Assembly: GCF_002854065.1 (NCBI RefSeq)
Contig: NZ_CP024153.1
DNA from: Escherichia coli
Lineage (GTDB): Bacteria; Pseudomonadota; Gammaproteobacteria; Enterobacterales; Enterobacteriaceae
DNA length: 64,000 nt
Strand: one strand, 5' to 3'
Shown piece after piece: positions 59,458 through 64,000 of the stretch. Each line of letters opens with the position of its first letter. Position 1 is the first letter of the stretch. The translations under genes were made by a program, and so were the position numbers. The notes beneath the pieces were generated by a model. It saw only the letters and a list, made by a program, of their open reading frames with translations, was not told the origin of the DNA and did no database searches.

Positions 59458-60277
59458 GGCACTGTTGCAAATAGTCGGTGGTGATAAACTTATCATCCCC
59501 TTTTGCTGATGGAGCTGCACATGAACCCATTCAAAGGCCGGCATTTTCAGCGTGACATCATTCTGTGGGCCGTACGCTGGTACTGCAAATACGGCATCAG
59601 TTACCGTGAGCTGCAGGAGATGCTGGCTGAACGCGGAGTGAATGTCGATCACTCCACGATTTACCGCTGGGTTCAGCGTTATGCGCCTGAAATGGAAAAA
59701 CGGCTGCGCTGGTACTGGCGTAACCCTTCCGATCTTTGCCCGTGGCACATGGATGAAACCTACGTGAAGGTCAATGGCCGCTGGGCGTATCTGTACCGGG
59801 CCGTCGACAGCCGGGGCCGCACTGTCGATTTTTATCTCTCCTCCCGTCGTAACAGCAAAGCTGCATACCGGTTTCTGGGTAAAATCCTCAACAACGTGAA
59901 GAAGTGGCAGATCCCACGATTCATCAACACGGATAAAGCGCCCGCCTATGGTCGCGCGCTTGCTCTGCTCAAACGCGAAGGCCGGTGCCCGTCTGACGTT
60001 GAACACCGACAGATTAAGTACCGGAACAACGTGATTGAATGCGATCATGGCAAACTGAAACGGATAATCAACGCCACGCTGGGATTTAAATCCATGAAGA
60101 CGGCTTACGCCACCATCAAAGGTATTGAGGTGATGCGTGCACTACGCAAAGGCCAGGCCTCAGCATTTTATTATGGTGATCCCCTGGGCGAAATGCGCCT
60201 GGTAAGCAGAGTTTTTGAAATGTAAGGCCTTTGAATAAGACAAAAGGCTGCCTCATCGCTAACTTTGCAACAGTGCC
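59458..60277 (+). mobile_element. IS26 copy G (N184 variant)
   Basis: 820 bp; tnp26 59521-60225; RIINATLG. Confidence 0.95.
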
Positions 60278-60316
60278 CCAAAAAGAACAAGATTCACCGC
60301 AACCCAGGACACTGCC

Positions 60317-60796
60317 ATGTTAGATTACCGCTTCCCGACAGCTTTGCAGATGGTTCTCAGCGTAGCAATGGCGGAGCAGATGGGTGAACGTTCGACGAGT
60401 GCGATTCTGGCCTACGGCCTGGAAGCGAACCCGAGCTTTATCCGTAAACTAATGGTTCCGCTAACTCGTGACGGCATTATCGTCTCCACGCTTGGTCGCA
60501 ACGGCTCAATTCATCTTGGCCGTCCGGCGGACAAGATCACCCTGCGTGATATCTATCTTTCGGTTATCGAAGATAAAAAACTGTGGGCGTCGCGTCCTGA
60601 CGTCCCGGCCCGCTGCGTGGTCAGCGCCAACGCCTGCTGGTACTTCAAATCGGTTGCCGATGAAGCAGAGCAGGCTTCGTTAAACGTCCTCGCTCGCCAT
60701 ACCGTGGCCAGCGCGCTGGAGGCGGTCAAAAACGCCGATACCAGCGGCTGCGACCCGGTGCCGGAAATGATCGCCCGCTTTAAAAAAGCGCATTAA
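60317..60796 (+). CDS. oqxR: OqxR, Rrf2-family repressor of oqxAB
   Basis: 159-aa Rrf2-type HTH protein convergent with oqxB; IS26 upstream as in the plasmid-borne oqxAB unit. Confidence 0.8.
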   Translation: MLDYRFPTALQMVLSVAMAEQMGERSTSAILAYGLEANPSFIRKLMVPLTRDGIIVSTLGRNGSIHLGRPADKITLRDIYLSVIEDKKLWASRPDVPARCVVSANACWYFKSVADEAEQASLNVLARHTVASALEAVKNADTSGCDPVPEMIARFKKAH

Positions 60797-60810
60797 TCAT
60801 TTTCTGGTGA

Positions 60811-60852
60811 CGAAAAAAAACCGCCTTCAAATTGTGAAGGCGGTTTTTTTGT
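60811..60852. terminator. Bidirectional rho-independent terminator between oqxR and oqxB
   Basis: A-run, stem accgccttca...tgaaggcggt, T-run. Confidence 0.8.
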
Positions 60853-60865
60853 TATCTGCTGCAGG

Positions 60866-63800
60866 CTAGGCGGGCAGATCCTCCTGGACCGGCTTCCTGC
60901 GGGTCACCAGTTTCCGTAGCGTCACGTAAAACACCGGCGTCAGGAACAGACCGAAGAGCGTCACGCCCAGCATCCCGGAGAACACCGTGATCCCGGTGAC
61001 GCCGCGGACTTCCGCCCCCGCGCCGTGGCCGAGGATCAGCGGAATGGTCCCGGCGATAAAGGCGATGGAGGTCATCACGATCGGGCGCAGACGCAGGCGG
61101 CATGCCTCCAGCGCCGCTTCCATGATGCCTTTCCCCTGGATCTCCAGCTCGCGGGCAAACTCGACGATCAGAATGGCGTTTTTACAGGCCAGGCCCATCA
61201 GGACCACCAGACCCACCTGCACGAAGACGTTGTTATCGCCCCCGGTCAGCCAGACGCCAAACAGCGCGGAGAGCATCGTCATCGGTACGATAAGGATCAC
61301 CGCCAGCGGCAGGGTCCAGCTTTCATACAGCGCGGCCAGTACGAGGAATGCCAGCAGCACCGCCACCGGGAAGACGATCAGCGCCGTGTTGCCCTGGGTG
61401 GCCTGCTGGAAGCTGAGATCCGTCCACTCAATATTCATCCCATTCGGCAGGATCTGCTTCGACAGCTCTTCCAGATGCGTCATCGCCTGCGAAGAAGAGA
61501 GGACCCGCGGATCGGCATCGCCAATCAGGTCCGCCGCCGGATAACCGTTGTAGCGGATCACCGGATCCGGCCCGTAGGTGGTACTGATATTCACCATACT
61601 GCCGATCGGTACCATTTCGCCCTGATTATTGCGGGTGCGCAGATTGGCGATATCTTCCACGCTCTCGCGGTATGGTCCGTCAGCCTGGGCCATCACGCGC
61701 CAGGTACGCCCGAACTGGTTAAAGTCATTGACATAAGACGAGCCGAGATAGGTCTGCAGCGTACCGAACAGATCGGTTAGCGATACCCCCTGCGCTTTCG
61801 CCTTATCGCGATCGACCTGCACGTCCAGCTGCGGCACGTTAGCCTGGTAAGTCGAGATCGGGAAGTGCATCCCCGGCGTCTGCATAATCGCCCCGGACAT
61901 CGCATTCACCGCGCTTTGCAGCGCGCCATAGCCCAGCCCTCCGCGATCCTGGATGTACAGGGAGTAGCCGGAACCCTGACCCAGACCTAAAATCGGCGGC
62001 GGCAGGATGGAAAAGCCAAAGCCCTGCTGGATTTGCGCGATTTTGGCGTTGATCTCCGCGTTAATTTCCGCCGCCGTGTGTTTGCGCTGGTCGAACGGTT
62101 TCAGGCCAAAAAAGACCGTCCCGGTATTCGGCGTGTTGGTGAACTGCAGCGCGTTAAGCCCCGGGAAAGCGACCGCATAGTCGACCCCTTCGGTATTCAT
62201 CCCGATCTCGCTCATTTTGCGGATCACCGCGTCGGTGCGCGCCAGCGACGACCCTTCCGGCATCTTCACGCCGCCAATGAGATACAGCTTATCCTGGGTG
62301 GGAATAAACCCGCCGGGGACGACTTTAAACATCACCCCAGCGGCGCAGAGCAGCAGCAGGTACACCGCAAACACTGCGCCACGGCGTCCAAGCGTTTTGC
62401 CTACCAGTCCCTGATAGCCGTTCGAGCTGCGCAGGAAAAAGCGGTTAAACGGACGGAAAATCCAGCCAAACAGGCGATCGATCAGCCGGGTAGGGAGGTC
62501 TTTCTTCGCGCCGTGCGGCTTTAACAGCAGGGCCGCCAGCGCCGGGGAGAGCGTCAGCGAGTTGATGGCCGAGATCACCGTCGAGATGGCGATGGTCACC
62601 GCGAACTGTTTGTAGAACTGGCCGGTGACCCCGGAGAGAAACGCCATCGGCACGAACACCGCACACAGCACCAGCGCAATGGCGATAATCGGCCCGGAGA
62701 CCTCACGCATCGCCTGATGCGCCGCGGCAAGCGGCGCAAGCCCCTCTTCGATATTACGCTCGACGTTCTCCACCACCACGATGGCGTCGTCCACCACGAT
62801 ACCGATAGCCAGTACCAGCCCGAACAGGCTCAGGGTATTCAGCGAGAAGCCCAGCAGATAGAGAATGCTGAAGGTACCCACCACCGATACCGGCACAGCG
62901 ATCAACGGGATAATCGACGCGCGCCAGGTCTGCAGGAACAGGATCACTACCAGCACCACCAGCACTACCGCCTCCAGCAGCGTCTGCACCACCGCGCGGA
63001 TGGAGTCGCGGACGAAAACCGTCGGGTCGTACGGCGCCGCCCATTGCATATCTTCCGGGAAGCGGGTGGCCAGCTCGGCCATTTTGGCGCGTACCGCGTT
63101 CGACAGATCGATGGCGTTAGCGCCGGGTGACTGGAAGATACCGATCCCGACCGCATCCTTATTGTTGAGCTGGGAGCGCAGCGCATAGCTACCGGAACCC
63201 ATCTCGATGCGCGCCACGTCGCGCAGGCGGACCAGCGAGCCATCCTGCGCCGTTTTCAGAATGATATTGCCAAACTCTTCTTCGGTATGCAGACGGCCCT
63301 GGGCGTTAATGGAGATCAGGAAATCGCTCTCCTGCGGCAGCGGCTCGGCGCCAAGCTGTCCGGCAGACACCTGGACGTTTTGCTCCTGCATCGCCGTCAC
63401 CACATCCGAGGCCGTCAGACCGCGGGCAGCGACCTTATTGGGATCCAGCCAGACGCGCATCGCATATTCACCGGAGCCAAAAATCTGGATCTGGCCGACG
63501 CCGGGCAGGCGCGCCAGCTCATCCTTCACTTTCAGCGTGGCGTAGTTGCGCATATACAGCGAGTCGTACTTCCCGCCGGGGGAGAACAGATGCACCACCA
63601 GGGTCAGCGTCGGAGACTGCTTCTGGGTGGTGATCCCCAGACGGCGTACATCCTCCGGCAGACGCGCTTCGGCCTGCGCGACGCGGTTCTGCACCTGAAC
63701 CTGCGCCTGATCCGGGTCGGTACCCGGGCGGAAGGTGACGGTGGTGACCAGCACGCCGTCGGAGCCGGCGACCGATTTCATGTACATCATGTTTTCAACG

Positions 63801-64000
63801 CCGTTGATCGCTTCCTCCAGCGGCGTCGCCACGGTCTCGGCAATCACTTTCGGGTTGGCGCCGGGATACTCCGCGCGCACCTGGACGCTCGGCGGGACGA
63901 CATCCGGATATTCGCTCACCGGCAGCAGTGGGATAGCGATTAACCCGGTGATAAAAATTAAAATCGACAGCACCGCGGCGAAAATCGGCCTGTCGATAAA
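60866..64000 (-). CDS. oqxB: OqxB RND efflux permease, partial (start lies beyond window end)
   Basis: 1035 codons in window of a 12-TM RND transporter, ends ...RRKPVQEDLPA; reading frame continues past 64000. Confidence 0.9.
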   Translation of the reverse strand, partial: FIDRPIFAAVLSILIFITGLIAIPLLPVSEYPDVVPPSVQVRAEYPGANPKVIAETVATPLEEAINGVENMMYMKSVAGSDGVLVTTVTFRPGTDPDQAQVQVQNRVAQAEARLPEDVRRLGITTQKQSPTLTLVVHLFSPGGKYDSLYMRNYATLKVKDELARLPGVGQIQIFGSGEYAMRVWLDPNKVAARGLTASDVVTAMQEQNVQVSAGQLGAEPLPQESDFLISINAQGRLHTEEEFGNIILKTAQDGSLVRLRDVARIEMGSGSYALRSQLNNKDAVGIGIFQSPGANAIDLSNAVRAKMAELATRFPEDMQWAAPYDPTVFVRDSIRAVVQTLLEAVVLVVLVVILFLQTWRASIIPLIAVPVSVVGTFSILYLLGFSLNTLSLFGLVLAIGIVVDDAIVVVENVERNIEEGLAPLAAAHQAMREVSGPIIAIALVLCAVFVPMAFLSGVTGQFYKQFAVTIAISTVISAINSLTLSPALAALLLKPHGAKKDLPTRLIDRLFGWIFRPFNRFFLRSSNGYQGLVGKTLGRRGAVFAVYLLLLCAAGVMFKVVPGGFIPTQDKLYLIGGVKMPEGSSLARTDAVIRKMSEIGMNTEGVDYAVAFPGLNALQFTNTPNTGTVFFGLKPFDQRKHTAAEINAEINAKIAQIQQGFGFSILPPPILGLGQGSGYSLYIQDRGGLGYGALQSAVNAMSGAIMQTPGMHFPISTYQANVPQLDVQVDRDKAKAQGVSLTDLFGTLQTYLGSSYVNDFNQFGRTWRVMAQADGPYRESVEDIANLRTRNNQGEMVPIGSMVNISTTYGPDPVIRYNGYPAADLIGDADPRVLSSSQAMTHLEELSKQILPNGMNIEWTDLSFQQATQGNTALIVFPVAVLLAFLVLAALYESWTLPLAVILIVPMTMLSALFGVWLTGGDNNVFVQVGLVVLMGLACKNAILIVEFARELEIQGKGIMEAALEACRLRLRPIVMTSIAFIAGTIPLILGHGAGAEVRGVTGITVFSGMLGVTLFGLFLTPVFYVTLRKLVTRRKPVQEDLPA

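Noticed and set aside
61025-63943. Several 100-250 aa plus-strand ORFs inside oqxB
   Set aside because: Antisense to the 1035-codon RND transporter frame; low-complexity Arg/His/Gly-rich translations characteristic of spurious high-GC ORFs.

Overview
This window is a mosaic multidrug-resistance region of an IncF-type enterobacterial plasmid, built largely from IS26, IS1294-like, IS1, IS5075 and IS5-like elements around truncated transposons and integrons. All calls were made by reading the supplied ORF translations and the DNA by eye; no database search or alignment was run, so family assignments rest on recalled motifs and coordinates of element ends are approximate to a few bp. Backbone: a RepFIA-like replicon (ori2, repE, incC iterons) bracketed by two IS1 derivatives, pemIK, and a second replicon fragment (Rep_3 rep remnant, iterons, stbDE). 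Resistance modules: Tn21-type mer operon with IS5075 in IRmer and an IS1294 fragment inside merA; sul3 segment; truncated Tn1721 with tet(A); IS26-bounded qnrS; two class 1 integrons facing one IS26 (aac(6')-Ib-cr, blaOXA-1, catB3, arr-3, qacEdelta1, sul1 remnant; and dfrA12, gcuF, aadA2); Tn5 remnant (aph(3')-IIa); oqxR and partial oqxB. The most interesting unexplained cargo is a low-GC single-gene island encoding a 590-aa DUF262-domain protein (candidate anti-phage defence) next to pemIK. Other unexplained cargo: a eukaryotic-type glutathione synthetase homologue inside a Tn3-family IR targeted by IS5075, and a non-class-1 integron-integrase-like gene beside the sul3 segment.
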